NCBI GenBank assembly: GCA_035516655.1
Contig: DATJAC010000251.1
Location: 1-40,970, forward strand
From: Alphaproteobacteria bacterium
GTDB taxonomy: Bacteria; Pseudomonadota; Alphaproteobacteria; JACZXZ01
Length of the DNA stretch: 40,970 nucleotides
Direction of reading: 5' to 3'
Made by a program: the position numbers and the translations under genes. The notes beneath the pieces are model-generated. The model saw only the letters and a list, made by a program, of their open reading frames with translations, had not been told where the DNA came from and made no database searches. This document shows, one piece after another, positions 9,811 through 18,701 of this stretch (position 1 is its first letter; every line of letters begins with the position of its first letter).

Positions 9811-9844
9811 TCTCATGAAGCGAAATTTCGCCACAGCTCCCGCC

Positions 9845-9940
9845 TCCCGTCCCGGCGAAAGCCGGGACCCATCGTCGAGCGAGCATCTTGTGGGTTGCGT
9901 GGCCCCGCTGCATGGATACCGGCCTTCGCCGGTATGGCAG
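9845..9940. repeat. Degenerate member of the double-hairpin intergenic repeat family
   Basis: Hairpins are gtcccggc-gaaa-gccgggac (9849-9868) and ataccggc-cttc-gccggtat (9916-9935). The order and spacing match the 13.6 kb and 17.3 kb copies. Confidence 0.55.
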
Positions 9941-10090
9941 GAGGGAAGGGAACCGGCTAACGGAGAGCGAGCGAATTTCTGATCCACGACACTAGGGCGG
10001 AGTCCAAGCCCCTCGCCCGGCGGGTGCGATCGAGCTTTACAAGCCGCCCCCTTCAAGGCTAGGGAAGGTGCCCCCGAGGGGGCCGTGCGA

Positions 10091-10906
10091 ATGCGGGAAG
10101 CAAGAAGCGCCATGCGCCATCTCGACTCGCTCGAGAGCCAGAGCATCTACATCATCCGCGAGGCCTTCAACCGGATCGAGCGGCCGGCCATGCTGTGGGC
10201 GCTCGGCAAGGATTCGAGCGCCATGCTCTGGCTGGCGCAGAAGGCCTTCTTCGGCCGCGTCCCTTTCCCCGTACTCCACGTCGATACCGGCAAGAAGTTT
10301 CCCGAGATGTATGCCTTCCGCGAGCGCTATGCCAAGGAGTGGGGGCTCGACCTCGTCGTCGTCCCCTGCCCCGCGGTCGAGGACATCGACGCGACCCTTC
10401 CGCTCGCGGCGCGCTCGGCCGCGCGCAAGGCGGCCGGGCTCAAGGCGGCGATCGCGGCCCACGGCTATCGCGGCATCTTCGCCGGCATCCGCCGCGACGA
10501 GGAGCCGACGCGCGCGATGGAGCGCGTCTTCAGCCCGCGCGGCGAAGGCTCGCGCTGGAACTTCCGCGACCAGCCGCCCGAGTTCTGGGACCAGTTCATG
10601 ACCGGGGTGCCGCCAGGGATGCATATGCGCATCCACCCGATCCTCGAGTGGAGCGAGCTCGACGTGTGGCGCTACGTCAAGCGAGAGGGCATCCCGGTCG
10701 TCGGGCTCTATTTCGCCCGGAGCGGCAAGCGCTACCGCTCGCTCGGCGATCAGGACATCACCACCCCGGTCGCGAGCGAGGCCGCCGACATCGACGCGGT
10801 CATCGCCGAGCTCGAGCGTACCGGTACGGCCGAGCGCGCGGGCCGCGCCATGGACCACGAGGCGGAAGACGCCTTCGAGCGGCTGCGCGCCGACGGGTAC
10901 ATGTGA
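10091..10906 (+). CDS. cysD: Sulfate adenylyltransferase subunit 2 (CysD/NodP type)
   Basis: [16 protein letters not shown], the PP-loop-like [10 protein letters not shown], and [12 protein letters not shown] are present. The start is ambiguous (GTG 10085, ATG 10091, ATG 10112). Confidence 0.85.
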   Translation: MREARSAMRHLDSLESQSIYIIREAFNRIERPAMLWALGKDSSAMLWLAQKAFFGRVPFPVLHVDTGKKFPEMYAFRERYAKEWGLDLVVVPCPAVEDIDATLPLAARSAARKAAGLKAAIAAHGYRGIFAGIRRDEEPTRAMERVFSPRGEGSRWNFRDQPPEFWDQFMTGVPPGMHMRIHPILEWSELDVWRYVKREGIPVVGLYFARSGKRYRSLGDQDITTPVASEAADIDAVIAELERTGTAERAGRAMDHEAEDAFERLRADGYM

Positions 10907-12807
10907 TGCGCAAGCGCCGGCGCGAGAGCGTTGCCGCGAGGGATCCGCGCGAGCCCTTGCGCCTCGTCGTCATCGGCCACGTCGCTCACGGCAAATCGAC
11001 CCTCGTCGGCCGTCTCCTCCATGAGACCGGAGCGCTTTCCGAGGACAAGGTCGAGGCAGTCGAGGCGATGTGCAAGCGCCGCGGCATGGACTTCGAATGG
11101 GCTTTCGTGACCGACGCCTTCCAGGCCGAGCGCCGCCAGGGTGTGACCGTCGACGCGAGCCGCACCCGCTTGAAGTTCGGCGGGCGCGACTATGTGCTCA
11201 TCGACGCGCCGGGGCATCGCGAGTTCCTCAAGCACATGGTGACGGGGGTGGTGGCAAGCGACGCGGCCCTGCTCATGGTCGACGCCAGCGAGGGCGTGAG
11301 CGAGCAGTCGCGCCGCCACGCATTTCTTCTCTCGCTTCTCGGCATCGGGCAGACCGTCGTCGCCATCAACAAGATGGACCTCGTCGGCTACGACGAGCGG
11401 CGGTTTGCCGCCCTCGAGGCGGAGATCCGCGGCTACCTCGCGAGCGTGGGCATCACCCCGCTTCACGTGGTCCCCGTCTCGGCCAAGACCGGCATCAACC
11501 TCACCGCGGCAGCCGCGGAGATGGGCTGGTATCGCGGGCCCAGCCTGACCGCGGCCTTGGCTGCGCTCGAGCCGGTACCCCAAGCCGACGATCTCCCGCT
11601 GCGGTTGCCGGTTCAGGACGTCTATGAGTTCGACGAGCGCCGCATCATCGCCGGCCGCATCGAGAGCGGACGGCTTGCCGTGGGCGACCGGCTCCTCCTC
11701 TCGCCCTCCAACAAGAGTGCCAGGCTGAAGTCGATCGAGACGTGGCACGCACCCCGGCGGCGCGAGGCCGCCTCGGGCGAGTCGGTCGGCCTCACCCTCG
11801 ATCAGCCGATCTCCGTCGCGCGCGGCGAGATCATCAGCCACGTCGAGAAGCCGCCCATCGAGACCAACGTGTTCCGCGCCCGTCTCTTCTGGCTCGGCGC
11901 CGCACCGCTCACGGTGGGGGGGCACTACACGCTCCGGCTCCAGACCGCGGCCGTGCCGGTCGAGGTGCAGGAGATCGAGCGGGTGGTCGATCCCTCGGAT
12001 CTCTCGAGTGCGAAGGCCGCGGCGGTCGAGCGCTACGCGGTCGCCGAGGTCGTGTTGCGCTCGCGCGACCTTCTCGCCCTCGATCCCTTCAGCGCCAACC
12101 CGCGCACCGGACGCTTCGTGCTCATCCAAGACTATCTCCCGGTCGCCGGCGGGATCATCAGCATGGAAGGCTATCCGGACGAGCGCGAGCTCGTGACCGT
12201 GCGCTCGACCAATGTCGCGGAAGTGCTCCATCGGGTCAGCCATGCGCTGCGCGAGGCGCGCGCGGGCCACCGTGGCGGAGTGCTGTGGCTCACCGGGCTC
12301 TCCGGAGCGGGGAAATCGACCCTCGCCATGGAAGTGGAGCAGCGCCTTTTCGCCAAGGGCTTCAATTCCTACGTGCTCGACGGCGACAACGTGCGGCGCG
12401 GGCTCAACAGCAACCTCGGCTTTTCCGCGGACGACCGCGCGGAGAACATCCGCCGGGTCGGCGAGGTGGCGGCCCTTTTCGCGGACGCGGGCTTCGTCTG
12501 CATCACCGCCTTCATCTCGCCCTATCGCAGCGACCGGGAGCGTGCGCGCCGGGCGGCCCAAGGCCGCTTCCACGAGATCTACGTGCGCGCGCCGCTTGCG
12601 GTCTGCGAGGGCCGCGACCCCAAGGGGCTCTATCGCCGCGCGCGCGCCGGCGAAATCAAGGATTTCACCGGCATCTCCGCCCCCTATGAGCCGCCCGAAG
12701 AGCCCGACCTCGTGGTCGATACGAGTAGTACCAGCATCGGCGACTGCGTCGACGCGATCATGGCCTACGTCGAGCGCCGCTTCGCCCCCGCCGCGCGCGG
12801 CACATGA
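10906..12807 (+). CDS. cysN: Bifunctional sulfate adenylyltransferase subunit 1 / adenylylsulfate kinase (CysN-CysC fusion, NodQ type)
   Basis: GTPase motifs [14 protein letters not shown] and NKMD, then an APS-kinase domain with P-loop GLSGAGKST and SPYRSDRE. The ATG at 10906 shares one base with the cysD TGA. Confidence 0.88.
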   Translation: MRKRRRESVAARDPREPLRLVVIGHVAHGKSTLVGRLLHETGALSEDKVEAVEAMCKRRGMDFEWAFVTDAFQAERRQGVTVDASRTRLKFGGRDYVLIDAPGHREFLKHMVTGVVASDAALLMVDASEGVSEQSRRHAFLLSLLGIGQTVVAINKMDLVGYDERRFAALEAEIRGYLASVGITPLHVVPVSAKTGINLTAAAAEMGWYRGPSLTAALAALEPVPQADDLPLRLPVQDVYEFDERRIIAGRIESGRLAVGDRLLLSPSNKSARLKSIETWHAPRRREAASGESVGLTLDQPISVARGEIISHVEKPPIETNVFRARLFWLGAAPLTVGGHYTLRLQTAAVPVEVQEIERVVDPSDLSSAKAAAVERYAVAEVVLRSRDLLALDPFSANPRTGRFVLIQDYLPVAGGIISMEGYPDERELVTVRSTNVAEVLHRVSHALREARAGHRGGVLWLTGLSGAGKSTLAMEVEQRLFAKGFNSYVLDGDNVRRGLNSNLGFSADDRAENIRRVGEVAALFADAGFVCITAFISPYRSDRERARRAAQGRFHEIYVRAPLAVCEGRDPKGLYRRARAGEIKDFTGISAPYEPPEEPDLVVDTSSTSIGDCVDAIMAYVERRFAPAARGT

Positions 12808-13520
12808 GCCCGCCCATGGAAAATACGGGTGCCGCCGGAGCCGTGGACGTGGCCGCCAACCTGGCAAGGGTGAAGGCCGAGATCGCGGCGGCAGCCCGCG
12901 AGATCGGCCGCGCACCCGAGACGGTCACCCTCGTGGCGGTCACCAAGACCCACGGGGCCGAGCGCATCGTCCCGGCCTTGGCGGCAGGGCACCGCATCTT
13001 CGGCGAGAACCGGGTGCAGGAGGCCAAGGCCAAGTGGCCCAAGCTGCGCGAGTCCTATGCCGGGATCGAGCTCCATTTGATCGGTCCGCTCCAGACCAAC
13101 AAGGTGAAGGACGCAGTCGCCCTCTTCGACGTGATCGAGACGGTCGACCGCGACAAGCTCGCGGCGGCCCTTGCGCGCGAGATGGCGGCCCAAGGCCGCC
13201 GTCCCCATTGCCTCGTCGAGGTCAACATCGGCGGCGAGGCGCAGAAGTCGGGTATCGCCCCCGACGACGTCGCGGCCTTCGTCGCCGCCTGCCGCGAGGA
13301 CTACAAGTTGCCGCTCGTCGGCCTCATGTGCATTCCCCCGCTCGCCGAGCCGCCCGAGCCGCACTTCCGCCGCCTGGCCGAGCTCGCCCGGCGCTCGGCC
13401 CTCCCGCTCGTCAGCATGGGCATGAGCGAGGACTTCACGATCGCGATCCGCGCAGGCGCCACCCACGTGCGAGTCGGCACCGCCATCTTCGGCCCGCGCG
13501 AGGTAGCGCGCGCGGAGTAG
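12804..13520 (+). CDS. yggS: YggS-family pyridoxal-phosphate homeostasis protein
   Basis: [27 protein letters not shown] and [22 protein letters not shown] are present. The ATG overlaps the cysNC TGA (ATGA at 12804-12807). Confidence 0.88.
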   Translation: MSPPMENTGAAGAVDVAANLARVKAEIAAAAREIGRAPETVTLVAVTKTHGAERIVPALAAGHRIFGENRVQEAKAKWPKLRESYAGIELHLIGPLQTNKVKDAVALFDVIETVDRDKLAAALAREMAAQGRRPHCLVEVNIGGEAQKSGIAPDDVAAFVAACREDYKLPLVGLMCIPPLAEPPEPHFRRLAELARRSALPLVSMGMSEDFTIAIRAGATHVRVGTAIFGPREVARAE

Positions 13521-13566
13521 CAATTACCGGCGTCGAGACCGCGGATGCTGGGGCGGCGTGGGCCGT

Positions 13567-13745
13567 CAGAGTCTGACTCGAAATGATCCGTTCATTTTCA
13601 ATGCACCATTCGTCACCCCAGCGAATGCGGGGGTCCATGTTTGAAGCCCGGCACCGGACCGAGAATGGATTCCCGCTTTCGCGGGAATGACGATTGATGG
13701 TGGTCAATGCATTGAAAATAAAGCACGCATTTTCGGGTCAGCCTC
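13567..13745. mobile_element. MITE-like non-autonomous element, copy 1 (~180 bp)
   Basis: About 80% identical along its length to 17274-17451. The imperfect ~37-bp terminal inverted repeats are gagtctgactcgaaatgatccgttcattttcaatgca versus the reverse complement of tgcattgaaaataaagcacgcattttcgggtcagcctc. The internal hairpins are those of the repeat family. It lies between convergent genes. Confidence 0.6.
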
Positions 13746-14246
13746 TCAAGCAGCGCTCACCACGAGCCGGTCCTCGAGCCCGGCTGCCGCGAGGAGGGCG
13801 AGGAGGTCGGCTAAGGCAAGGGCCACGCAGCCCGCGGTCGGGCCGTAATCGGGACGCGCCACATGGAGGAAGATGGCGCTGCCGCGTCCGGGTACCACGG
13901 GTGCATCGTTGTAGCCGAGGACGACGATCACGTCATAGAGATGATCCCCGCGCCAGAGATGCTCGTGGCTCGCCGGATAGGGCAGGCGGAGCTGCTGGTT
14001 GTAACGCGGGTCTTTGGGGTCGTCACACCAGGCATCGTTTTCCGCAAGCGCCGCAACCGCAAGCCGCGTCGGCGGGGGTGCGAGCCTGTCGGCGCGATAG
14101 AGCACGCGTCGCAGGGGAAAGGCGCCGGCGGGGGTGGCCCCGTCGCCTTCGCGCTTGTCGGCGCGGATCCCGCTCGGCCCAAGCGCGCAGCGCGAGCTGC
14201 GGCCGTTCCAACTGAGGCGTCCCGCGGGTGTCACCAGGATGTCCAC
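13746..14246 (-). CDS. L,D-transpeptidase (YkuD) fold protein, small form
   Basis: 166 aa with a GTG start. GSAIFLHVARPDYGPTAGCVAL matches the His...Cys catalytic signature of the YkuD domain. No N-terminal signal peptide is visible. Confidence 0.7.
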   Translation of the reverse strand: MDILVTPAGRLSWNGRSSRCALGPSGIRADKREGDGATPAGAFPLRRVLYRADRLAPPPTRLAVAALAENDAWCDDPKDPRYNQQLRLPYPASHEHLWRGDHLYDVIVVLGYNDAPVVPGRGSAIFLHVARPDYGPTAGCVALALADLLALLAAAGLEDRLVVSAA

Positions 14247-14384
14247 CGCCTCCTTATAGCCGCCCGCGGCCGCGAGCAGAAGCGGCGGTCACGCATCCGT
14301 GAGCGACGGCACCGCCACGGGACTTGCCCCGCTCTCGGCGGCGGGTCAGTCTCAGCCGTGCGACCGGCCGCCTGGAGCCCGCCC

Positions 14385-15242
14385 ATGCCGATCTACCGCG
14401 ACTACGATCAGGAAGCTCTCGATGCGCAGTACAACAACCGTGCCGCCGTGCCGGACTACGCGCGCTGGACGGAGCGCTGGCCGCTCGACAGTGCCGCGGC
14501 GCGCAGCCGGCTCGCGGCCCGCCTCGACCTGGCCTACGGCGAGCATGCCGCCGAGCGGCTCGACGTCTTTCCGGCGGCAGGCGGCGCCACGCCCATTCTC
14601 GTCTATATCCACGGCGGCTTTTGGCGCTCGATGGACAAGAGCATCTACAGCTTCGTGGCCTCGGCCTATGTCGAAGCCGGCATCGGCGTGGTGGCGGTGG
14701 GCTATCCGTTGGCGCCGACGGTGACGCTCGATGCCCTCACCGAGAGCGTGCGGCGCGCGCTCGGCTGGGTGCATCGCCACGCCGCGTCCTTCGGCGGCGA
14801 TCCCACGCGCATTCACGTCGCCGGTCACTCCGCAGGCGGCCATCTCACCGCGATGATGCTGTCGACCGATTGGGCCGCGCGCGGATTGCCGCGCGATCTG
14901 GTGAAGGGCGGCACTGCCGTGAGCGGGGTCTACGACCTCGAGCCCATCCGGCTCTGCTATCTCAATGCCGACCTGCGGCTCGACCCGGCAACGGCTCGAC
15001 GCAACAGCCCGCTCGAGCTCGTGCCCGAGGCGGGTGCTGCGCTCATCCTTGCCGTCGGCGGGAGGGAGACCGACGAGTTCCGCCGCCAGCAGGAGGTCTA
15101 CGCCGAAGCCTGGCATGGGGCGGGCCTGCCGCTCGAGATCGTGAGCCTCCCCCAGGACCAGCATTTCTCCATCCTCGACCGCTTCGCCGAGGCGAAAAGC
15201 CCGCTCTTCCGCGCCGTAGCGCGGCAAATCCTCGGCCGATAG
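14385..15242 (+). CDS. Alpha/beta hydrolase, arylformamidase/esterase-like
   Basis: MPIYRDYDQEALDAQYNNR start. Oxyanion motif HGGFW and nucleophile elbow GHSAGGHL are present. The upstream part of the 13863 ORF is antisense to the Ldt gene, so I discarded it. Confidence 0.75.
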   Translation: MPIYRDYDQEALDAQYNNRAAVPDYARWTERWPLDSAAARSRLAARLDLAYGEHAAERLDVFPAAGGATPILVYIHGGFWRSMDKSIYSFVASAYVEAGIGVVAVGYPLAPTVTLDALTESVRRALGWVHRHAASFGGDPTRIHVAGHSAGGHLTAMMLSTDWAARGLPRDLVKGGTAVSGVYDLEPIRLCYLNADLRLDPATARRNSPLELVPEAGAALILAVGGRETDEFRRQQEVYAEAWHGAGLPLEIVSLPQDQHFSILDRFAEAKSPLFRAVARQILGR

Positions 15243-15491
15243 CCTTGACAAACGAGGTGCTTAGCGCTGCCGTGAGCGCTGGAACATGGTTGAAATTGCC
15301 AGTATCCTCGCCCGCCGAAGCCGTGAAGGGGGCGTCCCGGCGGGGGTTCCGGGGGATACGGCACGGTCCCAGCCGTCAGCACGAAACGCGCGTATAATCG
15401 AAAGGAACGATCGTGGTTCCGCCGCCGAGATGGGGCCTCGTGCGGCGCAACCTCAAGGCCAGGCCCGGGCCATTCGAGGTCGGAGAGCGTC

Positions 15492-16220
15492 ATGCAGCGA
15501 AGTGCCGCCGCCTCGCCCAACCGCAAGCCAAACGCCATCGGCAGCAAGATCCTGCTCGTCGACGACGATGCGGCCTTGCGCCATTCGCTCGGCGAGCAGC
15601 TGCAGCTCCATGAGGAGTTCCAGACCGGCGAGGCGGACACGGGTACCAAGGCCCTCGAGATGGCGCGGCAGGAATATTACGATGCCGTCCTCCTCGACGT
15701 GGGCCTGCCCGACATCGACGGGCGCGAGGTCTGTCGCCTCTTGCGCCGCGACGGCTTCAAGTCGCCGATCATCATGCTCACGGGTGCGGACACCGATGCG
15801 GACACCATCCTCGCCCTCGACGCCGGTGCCAACGACTATGTGACGAAGCCCTTCCGCTTGGGCGTGCTCTTGGCCCGGCTGCGCGCCCAGCTGCGCCAGC
15901 ACCAGCAGAGCGAGGATGCGGTCTTCGCCATCGGGCCCTACAGCTTCCGCCCTTCGGCCAAGCTTCTGCTCGAGAGCGGGAGCAACAAGAAGGTCCGGCT
16001 GACCGAGAAGGAGGCCGCGATCCTCAAATATCTCTACCGCGCCGGCGAGAAGGTGGTCGGGCGCGAGACTCTGCTCAATGAGGTCTGGGGCTACAACGCC
16101 GGGGTCACGACGCACACGCTCGAGACCCACGTCTACCGGCTGCGCCAGAAGATCGAGGCGGACCCCTCCAAGGCGGTCATTCTGATCACCGAGGCGGGGG
16201 GCTACCGCCTGGTGCCGTGA
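15492..16220 (+). CDS. OmpR/PhoB-family response regulator (receiver + winged helix)
   Basis: A ggagag RBS lies upstream. Receiver motifs are KILLVDDD, LLDVGLPDIDG and ANDYVTKPF. The C-terminal LTEKEAAILKYL...THTLETHVYRLRQKIE forms the winged helix. Confidence 0.88.
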   Translation: MQRSAAASPNRKPNAIGSKILLVDDDAALRHSLGEQLQLHEEFQTGEADTGTKALEMARQEYYDAVLLDVGLPDIDGREVCRLLRRDGFKSPIIMLTGADTDADTILALDAGANDYVTKPFRLGVLLARLRAQLRQHQQSEDAVFAIGPYSFRPSAKLLLESGSNKKVRLTEKEAAILKYLYRAGEKVVGRETLLNEVWGYNAGVTTHTLETHVYRLRQKIEADPSKAVILITEAGGYRLVP

Positions 16221-16324
16221 CGGCCGTCACAGGCGAGGGGGCCCATCGGGGCTAGATTTGCTACCGTCGGTCCGGGGTGGGGCCGGCCGAGGGTGGGGTC
16301 GCAACGAGGAGAGGGGTTTGGCGG

Positions 16325-17158
16325 TTGGACCAGGCTCATAAATTCAGCTTGAAGTTCTGGGGCGTGCGCGGCTCGATCCCCTGCCCAGGGGCCGAATATG
16401 CCAAATATGGCGGCAACACCTCCTGCCTCGAGGTGCGCTGCGGGCCCCATCTTCTCATCTTCGACGCAGGAACCGGGATGCGCCCGCTGGGGCGCGAGCT
16501 CGACAAGCAGGGTCGGGTCGAGGCCGATGTGTTCTTCACCCATAGCCACTTCGACCACATCACGGGCTTGCCCTTCTTCAGTCCGGCCTTCAAGCCCGAG
16601 AACCGCTTCCGCTTTTGGGCGGGGCACCTCCTGCCCGAGTTCCGCCTCTATGACGTGCTGTGCGAGCTCATGATGGCGCCGCTTTTTCCCGTCCCCCTCG
16701 ATGTCCTCAAGGCCGACATCAGCTACGTCGACTTCAAGCCGCGCGAGACGCTCGAGCCGGGCCCGGGGATCAAGATTCGCACGGCTCCGCTCAATCACCC
16801 CAATGGTGCGATCGGCTATCGCATCGAGTACGCCGGCCGGGCCATGTGCTACGTGACCGACACCGAGCACGTCCCCGGCAAGCTCGATGCGAACATCCTC
16901 GGGCTCATCGAGGGAGCCGATTTTCTCGTCTACGATTCGACCTACACGGAAGCGGAGCTGCCGCGCTTTGCGGGCTGGGGCCATTCCACCTGGGAAGAGG
17001 GCGTGCGGCTCTGTGACGCGGCCCGGGTCAAGACCTTCGTCATCTTCCATCACGATCCCGCCCACGACGACGCCTTCATGGACCGCGTCGCCAAGAGTGC
17101 CGAGAAGGCGCGCCCCGGTACCCTCGTCGCGCGCGAGGGCATGGTGCTCACGCCCTGA
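16325..17158 (+). CDS. MBL-fold metallo-hydrolase
   Basis: KFWGVRGSIPCPG..., the THSHFDHITG metal motif (HxHxDH) and C-terminal FHHDP are present. I prefer the TTG at 16325, which is preceded by ggagagg. The GTG at 16277 is an alternative start. Confidence 0.8.
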   Translation: MDQAHKFSLKFWGVRGSIPCPGAEYAKYGGNTSCLEVRCGPHLLIFDAGTGMRPLGRELDKQGRVEADVFFTHSHFDHITGLPFFSPAFKPENRFRFWAGHLLPEFRLYDVLCELMMAPLFPVPLDVLKADISYVDFKPRETLEPGPGIKIRTAPLNHPNGAIGYRIEYAGRAMCYVTDTEHVPGKLDANILGLIEGADFLVYDSTYTEAELPRFAGWGHSTWEEGVRLCDAARVKTFVIFHHDPAHDDAFMDRVAKSAEKARPGTLVAREGMVLTP

Positions 17159-17273
17159 GAGCGGCGGCCGAGAAGGCTTGCAGAGCCGCCGCGTGTCCTC
17201 CGAGACGGCGGCTTCGCCGCCGCCTCAGGACGAGGAAAAATCTGTGCGTGGCAGAAAAAAACAACCTCGTCCT

Positions 17274-17451
17274 CAGAGTCTGACGCAAAATGATCCGATC
17301 ACTTTGAAAGCTCTATTCGTCACCCCGGCGAAAGCCGGGGTCCATGTCCGAAGCCCGACTCGAGGCCGACGATGGATTCCCGCTTTCGCGGGAATGACGA
17401 TCTGTGCCGGGTAATGCATTGAAGATAACGCGTTCATTTCCGGCCAGCCTC
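17274..17451. mobile_element. MITE-like non-autonomous element, copy 2
   Basis: Collinear with copy 1. It shares tcagagtctgac at the left end, gtcaccccggcgaaagccggggtccatg and atggattcccgctttcgcgggaatgacga inside, and aatgcattgaa at the right end. It lies between the convergent MBL gene and the permease gene. Confidence 0.6.
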
Positions 17452-17519
17452 CGAGGAGCCAGCGTCTCGAAGGACCGCCGCACTCCGTCCGAGGCAGTTT
17501 TTGACGAGGCGCCCTTCCC

Positions 17520-18701
17520 TCAGTGATAGGGGTCGGCCGCGTCCCTGAGCCCGTCGCCGAGGAAGTTGAAGGCGAGCACGACGAGGACCACCGGCACCAC
17601 GGGCAGCATGATCCAGGGATAGACGGCGACGGCGTTGATGTTCTGCGCCTCGTTCAGGAGCACGCCCCAGCTCGTGATCGGCGGCCGCAAGCCGAGGCCG
17701 AGGAAGCTCAAGGCCGTCTCGCCGAGGATCATGTTGGGGATCGAGAGCGTGGCCGAGGCGATCAGATGGCTCATGAAGCTCGGCAGGAGATGGCGCGCGA
17801 TCACGCGCCGGGGCCGCGCGCCCATCAGGATCGCCGCGGTGCAGAAGTCCTCCTCGCGCAACGCGAGCAGCTTCGAGCGCACGGCACGCCCGAGGCTCGT
17901 CCAGTCGATGAGGCCGAGGATGAGGGTGATGCCGAAATAGATCAGGACCGGACTCCAGGTCACCGGCAGGATGGCCGAGAGCGCCATCCATAGCGGCAGC
18001 TCGGGGAACGAGCGGATCACCTCGATGAGGCGTTGGATCAGGCTGTCGATCCAGCCGCCGTAATAGCCGGCAATCCCGCCGAGCGTCATCCCGAGGAGGA
18101 AGCTGAAGCTGATGCCGATGAGCCCGATGGTGAGCGAGATGCGCGCACCGTAGATGATGCGCGAGAGCATGTCGCGCCCGAGCCGGTCGGTGCCGAAGAG
18201 GAAGAGCGTTCCCCCCTCGGCCGGGCAGATGAAGTGGAAGTGCCCTCTGAGCACGCCCCAGAAGTCGTAGGCGTCGCCCCGGCAGAAGAAACGGATCGGC
18301 TCCACCTTGGCGGGGTCGGGGGTATAGACCCAGTGCAGCCGTTCCATGTCGAGCTTGGTGTCGAGGCCGTAAACGAAGGGCCCGATGAAGCGCCCGTCGT
18401 GGATGAAGTGGACCGCCTGGGGCGGGGCATAGAGAAAATCCGTGTGGCGCGTCTGGAGATTGTAGGGGGCGAGCAGCTCGCTCACCGTAATCGAGAGATA
18501 GAAGAGCAGCAGCAAGGCGCCCGAGACGACCGCGAGACGGTGCCGGCGCAGCTTCCACCACATGAGCTTCCACTGGCCGGCCAGGTAATAGCGCTCCTGG
18601 CCCGGCGCCATCGCATCGATGGCATAGGGATCGAAGGGCGCCTGCGAGACGTAATGCGCGAGGTGCGGGGCCTCGAGACGATCTTCGACGTCAACGCTCA
18701 T
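17520..18701 (-). CDS. ABC importer permease, OppC/DppC type with N-terminal extension
   Basis: MSVDVEDRLE... start with multiple TM segments. The EAA-like region is ALREEDFCTAAILMGARPRRVIARHLLP. The ATG overlaps the upstream permease stop (ATGA at 18698-18701). Confidence 0.85.
   Translation of the reverse strand: MSVDVEDRLEAPHLAHYVSQAPFDPYAIDAMAPGQERYYLAGQWKLMWWKLRRHRLAVVSGALLLLFYLSITVSELLAPYNLQTRHTDFLYAPPQAVHFIHDGRFIGPFVYGLDTKLDMERLHWVYTPDPAKVEPIRFFCRGDAYDFWGVLRGHFHFICPAEGGTLFLFGTDRLGRDMLSRIIYGARISLTIGLIGISFSFLLGMTLGGIAGYYGGWIDSLIQRLIEVIRSFPELPLWMALSAILPVTWSPVLIYFGITLILGLIDWTSLGRAVRSKLLALREEDFCTAAILMGARPRRVIARHLLPSFMSHLIASATLSIPNMILGETALSFLGLGLRPPITSWGVLLNEAQNINAVAVYPWIMLPVVPVVLVVLAFNFLGDGLRDAADPYH

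Noticed and set aside
17199-17272. Hairpins after the MBL gene stop: cggcggc-ttc-gccgccg, and aggacgagg...cctcgtcct around an A-rich loop.
   Set aside because: No U-tract follows either stem, and the second has a ~35-nt loop. They may simply be the edge of the adjacent MITE-like element. I did not call either a terminator.
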